DNA of 64,000 bases from Nanobdellota archaeon (GTDB lineage Archaea > Nanobdellota > Nanobdellia > Pacearchaeales > GW2011-AR1): NCBI GenBank assembly GCA_038046005.1, contig JBBSXB010000001.1, positions 32,001 through 96,000 on the forward strand, in the 5' to 3' direction. Each line of letters opens with the position of its first letter. Positions within the stretch are counted from its first letter, which is position 1. Below are positions 27,020 through 36,068 of the stretch, one piece after another. Both the position numbers and the translations under genes were made by a program. The notes under the pieces were generated by a model. That model saw nothing but the letters and a program-made list of their open reading frames with translations, made no database searches and was not told the origin of the DNA.

Positions 27020-27363
27020 ACAAGCGCTAGGAACATTTCCAGGATTTGATGAAGAGTTAGAAAGACTTAGAACCTTAGGACACGAAGCAATAATCTTGGG
27101 AAACAGAGAAGAAGTTCGTAGGATACTTAACGAAGATGTATATAATTTTTTATTCCAACAAGATCAATATCAAAGACAGCTTTATAGAACATTTAAAAAC
27201 TTTGCCGAAGAGAATCCTGAACTAAAACCAATTGTAGGGGAATATTTATCAAAATTAGAACAAAGCATCAGAAATAGGGCAGAAGCATTAAATTCTTGGA
27301 GTAATGATGTTAGGGGAAATCTAAAACTCTTTGAAGATTCAATAAAAGTAAATTCCGAGGAGG
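26985..27363 (+). repeat. Perfect 18-bp direct repeat AAGTAAATTCCGAGGAGG flanking an orphan gene
   Basis: Copies at 26985-27002 and 27346-27363; each contains the SD GGAGG. Confidence 0.9.
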
Positions 27364-27371
27364 GAAAATAA
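27012..27371 (+). CDS. Orphan helical protein inserted between L10 and L12
   Basis: 119-aa ORF whose C-terminus VNSEE derives from the repeat. Confidence 0.7.
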   Translation: MSKQALGTFPGFDEELERLRTLGHEAIILGNREEVRRILNEDVYNFLFQQDQYQRQLYRTFKNFAEENPELKPIVGEYLSKLEQSIRNRAEALNSWSNDVRGNLKLFEDSIKVNSEEGK

Positions 27372-27661
27372 TGGAATATATATACGGAGCTTTATTGTTA
27401 CACAAACTTGGAAAAGAAGTTAGTGAACACAATTTGAAAAGTGTTATTGCGGCTACAGGAGCGCATACAGATGAGGGAAAAATAAAATCCCTTATTGCAA
27501 GTTTGAAGGGTGTTGACATAGATTTAGAATTAGCAAATGCTAGTTTAGTTTCGGCCGCACCTGCTCAAGGAAGTGCACCTGCACACGAAAAGCACGAAGA
27601 GAAAAAGCACGAAGAAAAGAAAGAAGCTGCTGCAGAAGGATTATCTGCTCTATTTGGTTAA
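27371..27661 (+). CDS. rpl12: 50S ribosomal protein L12 (P1)
   Basis: MEYIYGALLLH...AAEGLSALFG. Confidence 0.97.
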   Translation: MEYIYGALLLHKLGKEVSEHNLKSVIAATGAHTDEGKIKSLIASLKGVDIDLELANASLVSAAPAQGSAPAHEKHEEKKHEEKKEAAAEGLSALFG

Positions 27662-27743
27662 TTTTTATTTTAAGAGCAGGTAATCACAGACTTAGTTATA
27701 ACACTATAGTAATTCTTAAAAAAGGTCGAAATTTATTTTGTGT

Positions 27744-28037
27744 ATGGTTTTGATTTACAATTTGAGATGTGGAGAGGATTTAGTCTTTAAACACGAAGGT
27801 AAAGTCACTCGATTATCTTTATTAGAGAAAAATGTTGATTGGGCCCTATTTTCACTTCAAAATGGAAGCAAGCCAGAACTTTTAGACATAGATTATAGAA
27901 CTCACTACCAAATTGATGGACTTCCGCAAACCGATTTTTATCCTAAAGTAAGCCTAAAAACAAAAAATAATAAAGTAGATATTTGGGTAAGTGTACCTCC
28001 ATTTGTTCGTGTTCATGTTGAAAGAGATAGAAAATGA
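27744..28037 (+). CDS. Hypothetical protein
   Basis: ATG 27744 after a TATA-like box. Confidence 0.55.
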   Translation: MVLIYNLRCGEDLVFKHEGKVTRLSLLEKNVDWALFSLQNGSKPELLDIDYRTHYQIDGLPQTDFYPKVSLKTKNNKVDIWVSVPPFVRVHVERDRK

Positions 28038-28177
28038 AAAAGCTAGATGTTTTCAAAGTCATGGCATTGCTATTTTTCATGTCAATATTGTTCACGCCTC
28101 AGCATTCTTTTGCCTGGCTTTATTTTGCAATTCCAGGATTAATATTCGGATTCTTGTGGTTTAAAAAACTAGATTAA
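28034..28177 (+). CDS. 47-aa two-TM microprotein, not in the ORF track
   Basis: MKKLDVFKVMALLFFMSILFTPQHSFAWLYFAIPGLIFGFLWFKKLD; ATGA overlap with the upstream ORF. Confidence 0.5.
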   Translation: MKKLDVFKVMALLFFMSILFTPQHSFAWLYFAIPGLIFGFLWFKKLD

Positions 28178-28210
28178 GTTTATTAATAGTATTCTTTTTT
28201 GTTATTTTGT

Positions 28211-28283
28211 GCCTCTGTAGCTCAGTCAGAAGAGCAGTTGCTTCGTAAGCAAAAGGTCATGGGTGCAAATCCCATCAGAGGCT
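28211..28283 (+). tRNA. tRNA-Thr(CGT)
   Basis: GCCTCTG/CAGAGGC acceptor stem, TTGC-TT-CGT-AA-GCAA anticodon arm, atypical T-loop TGCAAAT. Confidence 0.9.
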
Positions 28284-28289
28284 TCTAAA

Positions 28290-30233
28290 ATGTGGAGCTT
28301 ATATAAAGGAGATAAATTTCTGGAACCTCTTCGTTTTTCTAATGGGAAATCTCAGGAAAATGTTGTTAGCGAAGTTCTGGAAGAGATAAAAAAAGGGACA
28401 AAGGTCATATTCATCAAAGGAGTCTGTGGAACTGGGAAAAGCGCCATAGCATTGAACATTGCTAGAAAAATTGGAAAAACTTCTATTGTTGTGCCTGGAA
28501 AAACTCTCCAAAGGCAATACAAAAAAGATTATGAAAATGAGAAATATGTTTTGAAAGATGATAAAACAAAATTAAAAATAAGTGTGATAACTGGGAGAAA
28601 GAACCATAAATGCAGATTTTTAATGGAAAACAAAGAGGCCATTCCTGTCGTAAAAAGAGAAATTAACTCTAAACTTCACGATATTTTTGCAGGGAAAAGA
28701 GAAGATATTGAAAATGAGATAAAAAAAGATGAGTCTGCAGATAATGATTCTTTGCCTTGTAAGATAGAGATAAAAGAAAGGAACTGGAACAAGTTGAAAT
28801 CATATCTAAATCAAAACAAAGATGTTGACTCGAGTTCTTTCACAGAGTTAAGGGACGTAAAAAGAATTCCTGTAGCAAGTGTTTGTCCTTATTGGTCTCC
28901 GGTTTTGCCTGCAAGATTAGAACTTAAGGGAAAAATATTTGCTAACGCTAAAAAAAAGAAGTATATGGGCCTAGAAAATACTGAATTTATTTTCTATCAG
29001 AGAAAAGAAGGCTGTCCTTTTTACAGCCAGTTCAATTCTTTTATAGAGTCTGATGTTATAGTCTTTAATTCAAGTAAATATAAAATAGAGTCTTCAATGA
29101 ATAGAAAACCTTTGACAGAGGTAGAAATAATAGATGAGTGTGATGAATTCTTAGACAGTTTTTCAAATCAAAAAAATCTTAATATAGAAAGGCTTCAAAA
29201 TTCTTTGATTAATTATGTTAATGAAAATGAAAAAGATAAGAAGGAGATATCTGAGTTATTGGAAATAATCCAGTATATTAAAAGAGATGCAAGAATAAAT
29301 AATGCTATTGTTACAAAAGAAATAATCCCTCTAAAAGAAACGGGAGTTTATGATTTATTAAAAATTATATTAAAAAGTTCTGGAATTTTTGAAGAAGCTG
29401 ATGATGAAAGCTATCTTTTTGATTGTGAGGAGATAGCAAAGACTTTCAAGGATTTTGTTAATGAAACTTACATCACTGCTGAAAAAAAAGACAAAAACAT
29501 TATAATTAGTTTAGTTACGACAAATCTCGCAAAAAAGTTTAAAGAAATGGTTGATAAAAATAAAGCTATAGTTTTAATGTCTGGAACTTTACATTCTAAT
29601 CAAGTGTTAAAAGATATTTTTGGATTGGATAATTTTAAAGTTATTGAGGCTGAGGTTGAGAGCCAAGGAAGCATAATCGTGAAAAAAACAGGTTTTGAAA
29701 AAGATTTTAAATATTCTAATTTGTCCAATGGAAAACATTCAAGGGAAGAATATCTTAAAGCTTTGAATAAATGTGTTGAGATTGCGAAAAGACCGACACT
29801 CATACATATCAATGCATTCATGGATTTGCCAAGCAATCAAGAAATTCAAGAATATGATCTGAAAAATTTGATAAGCAGAGATGAAATAAAAGATTCGCAG
29901 TCACAGAATAACGAAGTGGAGACTATAAACAAATTCAAAAATAAAGAAGTAGATGTTTTGTTCTCGACTAAGGTTTCAAGAGGCATGGATTTTCCCGGAG
30001 ATGAATGCAATAGTATTGTTTTTACAAAATACCCAAATCCAAACGTACAAGATCCTTTTTGGAAAATATTAAACAGAACAAGACCTGAGCATTATTGGGA
30101 GTTTTACAGGGATAAAGCTAAAAGAGAATTGTGGCAGAAGATATACAGAGGCTTGAGATTTAAAGAAGACAAAGTTGAAGTTTTAAGCCCTGATGTAAGA
30201 GTGTTGGATTTTTTTGAAAATAAAGGGAAATGA
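28290..30233 (+). CDS. SF2 helicase, Rad3/XPD/DinG-like
   Basis: GVCGTGKS, DECD, MSGT, SRGMDFP, QKIYRGLR; four Cys as possible Fe-S ligands; start moved to ATG 28290 after the tRNA. Confidence 0.85.
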   Translation: MWSLYKGDKFLEPLRFSNGKSQENVVSEVLEEIKKGTKVIFIKGVCGTGKSAIALNIARKIGKTSIVVPGKTLQRQYKKDYENEKYVLKDDKTKLKISVITGRKNHKCRFLMENKEAIPVVKREINSKLHDIFAGKREDIENEIKKDESADNDSLPCKIEIKERNWNKLKSYLNQNKDVDSSSFTELRDVKRIPVASVCPYWSPVLPARLELKGKIFANAKKKKYMGLENTEFIFYQRKEGCPFYSQFNSFIESDVIVFNSSKYKIESSMNRKPLTEVEIIDECDEFLDSFSNQKNLNIERLQNSLINYVNENEKDKKEISELLEIIQYIKRDARINNAIVTKEIIPLKETGVYDLLKIILKSSGIFEEADDESYLFDCEEIAKTFKDFVNETYITAEKKDKNIIISLVTTNLAKKFKEMVDKNKAIVLMSGTLHSNQVLKDIFGLDNFKVIEAEVESQGSIIVKKTGFEKDFKYSNLSNGKHSREEYLKALNKCVEIAKRPTLIHINAFMDLPSNQEIQEYDLKNLISRDEIKDSQSQNNEVETINKFKNKEVDVLFSTKVSRGMDFPGDECNSIVFTKYPNPNVQDPFWKILNRTRPEHYWEFYRDKAKRELWQKIYRGLRFKEDKVEVLSPDVRVLDFFENKGK

Positions 30234-30527
30234 CCAGAGGAGTGTTTGTTTTTTCTTAAATTTGCAATAGAGGAATATTATTATACTGGAAATTAAATAT
30301 GAAATTAGCAAAGATAAAATTGATAAGATTAAAGGATTTACTTCTATTCTCCAAGGAGATTTACATCCATATTTATAATATTCTTCAGGAGGAACAGTTT
30401 CATCTGGATCAACACACATAGTAGCTGTAAGCATAAATGAATAAAGAAATATTGTTATGAATAGAAATAAAAATAAGACTACTTTTCCAACAGTTGGTTT
30501 GAAAAACTCTTTTAGTCTTTTACTCAT
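30183..30527 (-). CDS. Two-TM hypothetical protein
   Basis: MSKRLKEFFKPTVGKVVLF...; two TM helices flanking a Cys loop; 3' end overlaps the helicase. Confidence 0.55.
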   Translation of the reverse strand: MSKRLKEFFKPTVGKVVLFLFLFITIFLYSFMLTATMCVDPDETVPPEEYYKYGCKSPWRIEVNPLILSILSLLISYLISSIIIFLYCKFKKKQTLLWSFPFIFKKIQHSYIRA

Positions 30528-30666
30528 ACTTCTTATAATAAAAAGCAAATTTATAATCTTTACTAAAAACCAGGTGTTTGTTTACTTTGAAGATTTCAAA
30601 GGAAAATATGTTATTTTTAATGGAGAGTAGATTATTTACTCTGATTTCATCCAAGAAAGAAGTAAA

Positions 30667-30765
30667 CGCCCCCGCCAGGAATCGAACCTGGAAGCCCAGA
30701 GGGCCTGGTTCTCTTGTCTAAATCTCAAACTCAAGACCAGTGCTCTACCATTGAGCGACGGAGGC
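30667..30765 (-). tRNA. tRNA-Ser(TGA) with 19-nt canonical (37/38) intron at 30711-30729
   Basis: CTGGT-CT-TGA-G^intron^A-ACCAG; bulge-helix-bulge with CTTG/CAAG central helix; long variable arm GCCC/GGGC; G discriminator. Confidence 0.92.
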
Positions 30766-30804
30766 AATATAATTAAATTAACTGGTGAGTTTTAAAGGTT
30801 TTGT

Positions 30805-30843
30805 TATTTTGCACTTCGCTACACTCAGCGAATTGATAAAATA
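30805..30843. repeat. Intergenic palindrome (REP-like)
   Basis: TTCGCT-ACACTC-AGCGAA with outer TATTTT/AAAATA. Confidence 0.4.
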
Positions 30844-30918
30844 TTAATAGAAAACAGCTAGGAATAATCAATTATCAAAGTCCAACAAAAAATACATTAA
30901 ATCTAAATTTTTAAAGAA

Positions 30919-31200
30919 TCAATCAAATCCGAGAAGTCTTCTCCACCAGGATGCTTTTACAGGCATAGAATGATCGTTTTCATCCATTATCTCATGGGTT
31001 ATAACCGGCTTTTCTTTAAGAATGGGAGCCTCAGATGCAAGTTGTTTAGTGGCGTCCCTCATTGCCTCTTCTATGAATGTCCTTGAATATCCTTGATTTA
31101 CCAAAGCCCACTTCAAAGATTCCATAGTGTAGCCTTTTTTCAGATTATTCTTAAAATATTCTGCAAGTCTTCTCTTTCTTTCGTTTTCTCTTTCACCCAT
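30919..31200 (-). CDS. Small hypothetical protein
   Basis: 93 aa, YFKNNLKKGYTMESLKWALVNQGYS. Confidence 0.7.
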   Translation of the reverse strand: MGERENERKRRLAEYFKNNLKKGYTMESLKWALVNQGYSRTFIEEAMRDATKQLASEAPILKEKPVITHEIMDENDHSMPVKASWWRRLLGFD

Positions 31201-31239
31201 AAAAAAATCATGAATTTAGAGTTTAAAAAGTTAGTTGTT

Positions 31240-32718
31240 CTAGACAATCTTTATTGGACTGTATTTTTTACAGAATCCTATTGCCTGCCTTAACCTTATT
31301 TTCGAATCAGAATAGATTGTTAGTATCTTATCTCCTTTTTTAACGCTCTCTTTAAGGTGATGGTAAAGGTATACTCCTGAAGATTTGTATGTCGGACAAC
31401 CGACCGTCCTGGCAAGAGAATTTATTTTCTTATTGTCTATCTCCTTGATTCTTCCAGATTTGTATGAAAGCACATCGTGTTTGAATTTTCCAAGCTTAGG
31501 GTTTCTGACTTTTCCTTTTTGCGCTTTGATAATCTCCTTAAATTTATCGAATGCCCTTCCACAAACGAGAATCTCTTTGGCCATTGAAAAACCCTTGTCG
31601 GGTTTTGCTTTCCTGACCATTTCCAACAATTCACCGGCAAGAAATAAAGATTTATTCTCCAAGTCCATTGGTCTGTCCTGATCCTGACGAAAAACTTTGA
31701 GTATGTCTGAGAGCTCCAACTCTGGACCTACACCATTGCCAATTGGCTGGCTACCATCAGTTAAAACAACTTTTATTTTTTTATGGAAGTATTTTCCTAT
31801 TTTTTCAAATTTTCTTTTGAGCCTTATTGCTGTTTTTTTGTCAACTTTAGCAGTTTTTCCATATGGAATGTCTATCAAAATGTAACTGCTTCCACTGGCC
31901 AATTTTTTTGATATTATCGAAGCCAAAAGATGGGCCTCTGGGTCCAAGTTTAAAATTTTTTCAATCTGGATTATTTTTGAATCTGCAGGCACTATTCCCA
32001 AAGAGCCGCCCCAAATTATGAAGGCGTTAGTTTTTTTTATTATTTTTTTCAATTCTTTATTAGAAAATTCAACTTTTGCAATTGTCTCTATCACATCTGC
32101 AGTTCCTGCTGCGCTTGTTATGGCCCTGGAAGAACTTTTTGGCATGATTAATCCTGCAGCGGCACAAATTGAGACAACTAGGGGGGTTGTCCTGTTGGCA
32201 GGAATTCCACCTATGCAATGTTTATCAACAACAAGTTTGTTTCTTAAAGATAATTTTTCTCCAGTTTCTAAAATTGCTTTAATCAGATAAATTGTTTCCT
32301 TAAAGGTCATTCCTTGTTTGTATACGGCAGAAACAAAAAGTGCTAATTCCGGGCCAGACAGAGAGTTATTAACAACATCTTCGATGATTTCTTTTATTTC
32401 TTTTTGTGACAGCCTTCCCCGATTAAGTTTTTTCTTTATTAAATCTAAACTGTCTGGGGGTTCTGAAAGTGAAACAATTATTTTTTGGCCCTTTTTTAGA
32501 TTAAGCATCTTTGCTATTTCTGAAGAAACTCCAATTTCTCCCTCCCTAATGAATTTTGAAGCTATGTCAACAATTGCAGAAAGTTCTTTAGAAGTAGATG
32601 AAGACTTTAATGAAGCCCTTCCCCCTGGAGGCACACCTATTTTGTTCGCTGTTTTTTCATCAATAACCACAACAGGAAATCCAGTAGACCAGTTTAATAA
32701 CTTAACTTTTAGTTCCAT
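31240..32718 (-). CDS. AMP phosphorylase (thymidine phosphorylase family)
   Basis: N-terminal extra domain, DKHCIGGIPANRT, KSSSRAITSAAGTAD, QPIGNGVGP. Confidence 0.92.
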   Translation of the reverse strand: MELKVKLLNWSTGFPVVVIDEKTANKIGVPPGGRASLKSSSTSKELSAIVDIASKFIREGEIGVSSEIAKMLNLKKGQKIIVSLSEPPDSLDLIKKKLNRGRLSQKEIKEIIEDVVNNSLSGPELALFVSAVYKQGMTFKETIYLIKAILETGEKLSLRNKLVVDKHCIGGIPANRTTPLVVSICAAAGLIMPKSSSRAITSAAGTADVIETIAKVEFSNKELKKIIKKTNAFIIWGGSLGIVPADSKIIQIEKILNLDPEAHLLASIISKKLASGSSYILIDIPYGKTAKVDKKTAIRLKRKFEKIGKYFHKKIKVVLTDGSQPIGNGVGPELELSDILKVFRQDQDRPMDLENKSLFLAGELLEMVRKAKPDKGFSMAKEILVCGRAFDKFKEIIKAQKGKVRNPKLGKFKHDVLSYKSGRIKEIDNKKINSLARTVGCPTYKSSGVYLYHHLKESVKKGDKILTIYSDSKIRLRQAIGFCKKYSPIKIV

Positions 32719-32772
32719 CTCTTTTAAAATAAGTAATTTAAATAAAAAAAGAATATTTGTTTTTATATTTAT

Positions 32773-33810
32773 CTAATCTTTTTTTAGCAAGGTTGAATAA
32801 AAATTTTTATGGCCCCCTCTAAGCACTTCAAGAATTATGAGTAAATAAGAAAGTATCAAGGGGCCTAACAAAAGCCCAAGGATGCCAAATACGAATATAC
32901 CCCCAGTCATTCCAATTAAGATTATAGCAGAATGTATTTGTAATCTTCGTGAAACAAAAAATGATCTGTAAAAATGTTCAACATTTGAAGCAATTATTCC
33001 GAAAGCAAAAATTCCGAAAGCGTCAAAAGTACGATTGTTAATCAAGAGGTATATGACTACCGGAATCCAGACCAACATAGGTCCTAAGATAGGTAACACA
33101 CCAACAACTATTGCCACTACACTTAATAACAAAGCATTAGGGACACCAAATAAGAACAAACCACTGGACAGAACTACTCCTTGAATGAATCCTATAACAA
33201 TCTGCCCGTAAAGAAGGGAGGCAGTCATGTCCTTCGAATATCTAAATATTTTTTCCTCAACTTCTTTTGAAAACGGGGAAAGACTCTTTACAAACTCAAA
33301 AATTTTGTCTTTGTCTCTAAGAGCAAAATAAAAAGTGAATAACACCACTAAGATGTGAAGCAATATATTCGGCAGATTGAGAATAAAACTTGAAAAAGTA
33401 TTTAATACGGAGTTTGCCACTTTGGGAATAAAAGATTGTATTGTGCCGGCAACCTCAGAAGAAAATTGCTCTGAAGCAAAAAAAGAAGGGGAGATTTGTC
33501 TGAGCAATCCAACAAAATCCATATTTTGAGCGGAAACATAAAATTTGAATGATTGATTTATAAGTATTGGGGTAAAAAGCCAAATTGGGATAACAATCAG
33601 CAAAAGCAAGATAATAGTGACTATCGACGCTGAAAGGTTTGGCATTTTAAAGTGTTTCAAAAGAAATTTGTATATTGGATAAAATATGAACGCAAGAATA
33701 AATCCGATTATTATATCCATGATAATTGGCCTTACAACTATAAAAGAAAGAATCAAAAGTACCACTATAAGAATTATAGTTGAGGTTTTCCTAAATGAGT
33801 TATCTTCCAT
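32773..33810 (-). CDS. AI-2E family transporter
   Basis: Multi-TM, LPILGPMLVWIP, GGIFVFGILGLLLGP; start adjusted to 33810. Confidence 0.88.
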   Translation of the reverse strand: MEDNSFRKTSTIILIVVLLILSFIVVRPIIMDIIIGFILAFIFYPIYKFLLKHFKMPNLSASIVTIILLLLIVIPIWLFTPILINQSFKFYVSAQNMDFVGLLRQISPSFFASEQFSSEVAGTIQSFIPKVANSVLNTFSSFILNLPNILLHILVVLFTFYFALRDKDKIFEFVKSLSPFSKEVEEKIFRYSKDMTASLLYGQIVIGFIQGVVLSSGLFLFGVPNALLLSVVAIVVGVLPILGPMLVWIPVVIYLLINNRTFDAFGIFAFGIIASNVEHFYRSFFVSRRLQIHSAIILIGMTGGIFVFGILGLLLGPLILSYLLIILEVLRGGHKNFYSTLLKKD

Positions 33811-33872
33811 ATTATTATTACTAACTAGAAGTGCATGAAATTTATAAAGGTTTTTGAACAAAAATTTAGATA

Positions 33873-34580
33873 ATGAACTTCATAAAAAAGATATTTGATG
33901 GTAAAATTGATCAAAGTGTTCATCTTCAATTCCAGAAGTTTAGTAAAGGCGAGTTTAAGAGAAGAGCTTTAGTGAGAGTAAAAAATACCGGAGGAAAATT
34001 TAGCATTTCAACAAGCACAGAGTTTGCAAAAGAATTTATTAGAATATGTGCAGAAAAACTTGGGAACAATAGAACTGGTATTACTGGAATAATTGTCTCA
34101 ACCCTTGATCTTACCGGCCAACTAGAATTTAAAGATAAAAAGCAGTTTCAGGGCGTTAAAAAGTATATTATAGACAACGAAATGTCTGGAAAAGAGATTA
34201 TATCTTTATTAGAAAAGTTTCCAAAAGCTTTTTTTGCTTTAACTTTTAGCTTTGGGAATAATATTTTAAAAATAAAGCCGAAGCTTCCTAAATCTGGAAA
34301 ACCTGGATCAAAAGGAGAAGATGAAATAAAACCAGATTTTTGCAAACTTGTCACAGATGATAAAGCTTTAGGGGAAAGTTTTGTTTTTGAAAGCTCCGGG
34401 TTTAAAGAAGCAGCCATAGCCCATGATTTTGTTATAACTGGCATAGTAATTTCGCCTGAATTGAAAAAGAGCAATGATTTTGCAAAAATTAGGGAAGAAG
34501 CGAAAAGAAAGGGCAAGATTGTAAGGAAAGGCAAAATTGATGGAAAAGAATTTATAAGTGAAAAAGATTTTGAAGCTTAG
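33873..34580 (+). CDS. Hypothetical soluble protein
   Basis: 235-aa ORF with upstream TATA box. Confidence 0.75.
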   Translation: MNFIKKIFDGKIDQSVHLQFQKFSKGEFKRRALVRVKNTGGKFSISTSTEFAKEFIRICAEKLGNNRTGITGIIVSTLDLTGQLEFKDKKQFQGVKKYIIDNEMSGKEIISLLEKFPKAFFALTFSFGNNILKIKPKLPKSGKPGSKGEDEIKPDFCKLVTDDKALGESFVFESSGFKEAAIAHDFVITGIVISPELKKSNDFAKIREEAKRKGKIVRKGKIDGKEFISEKDFEA

Positions 34581-35038
34581 TGCCCCGTTGGTTTTCTGGA
34601 ACTACTACCTCTCCCATTACCTCTTTTGTGGCCGTTAGAGTAATCTATTCTCGTTGTTAATCCATTAGAACGCCCTTCTGTTTCTGAAATTATTCCATAA
34701 TCGCAAAGAACTTCCTCTAACCTCTTAGGGGAAAAACCGAGAATTTTGGCCGCCATTTTTTTATTTTGGCTAACCAAACTATAAATTTTCTTAACTGTAT
34801 CTTTCGGAGGTATTGAGAAACCTTTTCTGGTTGAATAATTATTTTCACTTCTTGCCAATCTAGCAAAAAAATCCTGAGGGATATATTCTTTATGTAAATG
34901 TTCATAAAGCCTGCTAGCTATCATAGGACTATTACCTGCAGCTAATAAAACAGCACGCATAGATGGTGAGTCGTATTTTGTTGAAACCATTAAAAGTCCC
35001 ATGAAATTTAGTTTAAAAATGTTATCCCCCTTCATCAT
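34577..35038 (-). CDS. Hypothetical protein, possible C-terminal HTH
   Basis: NKKMAAKILGFSPKRL resembles a Fis-like HTH. Confidence 0.5.
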   Translation of the reverse strand: MMKGDNIFKLNFMGLLMVSTKYDSPSMRAVLLAAGNSPMIASRLYEHLHKEYIPQDFFARLARSENNYSTRKGFSIPPKDTVKKIYSLVSQNKKMAAKILGFSPKRLEEVLCDYGIISETEGRSNGLTTRIDYSNGHKRGNGRGSSSRKPTGH

Positions 35039-35120
35039 AAAAAGCTTTATAAATCAACTTTTTCTCAGTAATTTATCCAGGGTAGAATTAAAATGATTTC
35101 CGCATCAACAATAGTAAGAA

Positions 35121-36068
35121 ATGCCTACAAGAAAATCACCGAGAAAGGGAAGTTTACAATATTGGCCAAGAAAAAGGGCCAGTAAGTTTTTGCCTAGTGT
35201 CAACTGGAATTCTATAAGCACTGAATCTAAAGGCCTTAAGGGAATTATAGCTTACAAAGCTGGAATGATGTCTGCCCATGTAAAAGACAAGACCCCCGAC
35301 TCCATGACTAAGGGAAAAAAGATTGCTATTCCAGTGACAATTCTTGAATGCCCAAACAACAAAATATTTTCAGTAAGGTTTTACAAAAATGGGATAGTTG
35401 TGAAAGAAGTCCTGGCCGAGAATCTTGATAAAGAATTGTCTAAAAAAATAAAACTTCCCCATAAAAAGTCTGAGAAATTAGAAGATGTTAAGGAAAATGA
35501 ATATGACGACATTAGAGTTATAATTTATTCTGAGGCTAAAAAAACTGAGATAAAAAAAATTCCAGATTTAAGTGAGATTGGACTTTCTGGAGATGTGAAA
35601 GAAAAATTTGAATTTGTTAAAAACCATCTTGGAAAAGATATTTCTGTCGACGATGTTTTCAAAGCCGGAGAATTAATTGATGTTAGAGGTTTAACAAAGG
35701 GTAAAGGTCTTCAAGGGGCTGTGAGAAGATTTGGGATACAGCTTAAATCACATAAATCAGAAAAAGGAAGAAGAAGGGCTGGAAGCCTTGGACCTTGGCA
35801 TCCCGCAAGAGTAACTTTTAGAGTTCCACAAGCAGGACAATTGGGAATGTTTACAAGAGTCACATACAACAACAAAATTGTGAGTATCAAAAAAATGCAA
35901 GACAGCCCCATCAGAAATATTAAAAACTATGGAGATATAAAAACAAATTACATAGTTGTTTGTGGATCTATTCAAGGGCCATCAAAAAGACAGTTAATAA
36001 TTACAAAGCCTTTAAGACCAACCAGAAAACAAGTAAAAAAAGATTATGAGCTTATGGAGCTGTTATGA
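35121..36068 (+). CDS. rpl3: 50S ribosomal protein L3
   Basis: PRKGSLQYWPRKR, YKAGM, TKGKGLQGAVRRFG. Confidence 0.97.
   Translation: MPTRKSPRKGSLQYWPRKRASKFLPSVNWNSISTESKGLKGIIAYKAGMMSAHVKDKTPDSMTKGKKIAIPVTILECPNNKIFSVRFYKNGIVVKEVLAENLDKELSKKIKLPHKKSEKLEDVKENEYDDIRVIIYSEAKKTEIKKIPDLSEIGLSGDVKEKFEFVKNHLGKDISVDDVFKAGELIDVRGLTKGKGLQGAVRRFGIQLKSHKSEKGRRRAGSLGPWHPARVTFRVPQAGQLGMFTRVTYNNKIVSIKKMQDSPIRNIKNYGDIKTNYIVVCGSIQGPSKRQLIITKPLRPTRKQVKKDYELMELL

Noticed and set aside
28290-30233. Helicase as Cas3 or type IV CRISPR DinG
   Set aside because: No HD domain, adjacent cas genes or array.
30667-30765. tRNA with TGA as a selenocysteine or opal suppressor tRNA
   Set aside because: Anticodon TGA reads UCA (Ser); a suppressor needs TCA. 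The acceptor stem is 7 bp, and TGA is used as a stop in many genes here.
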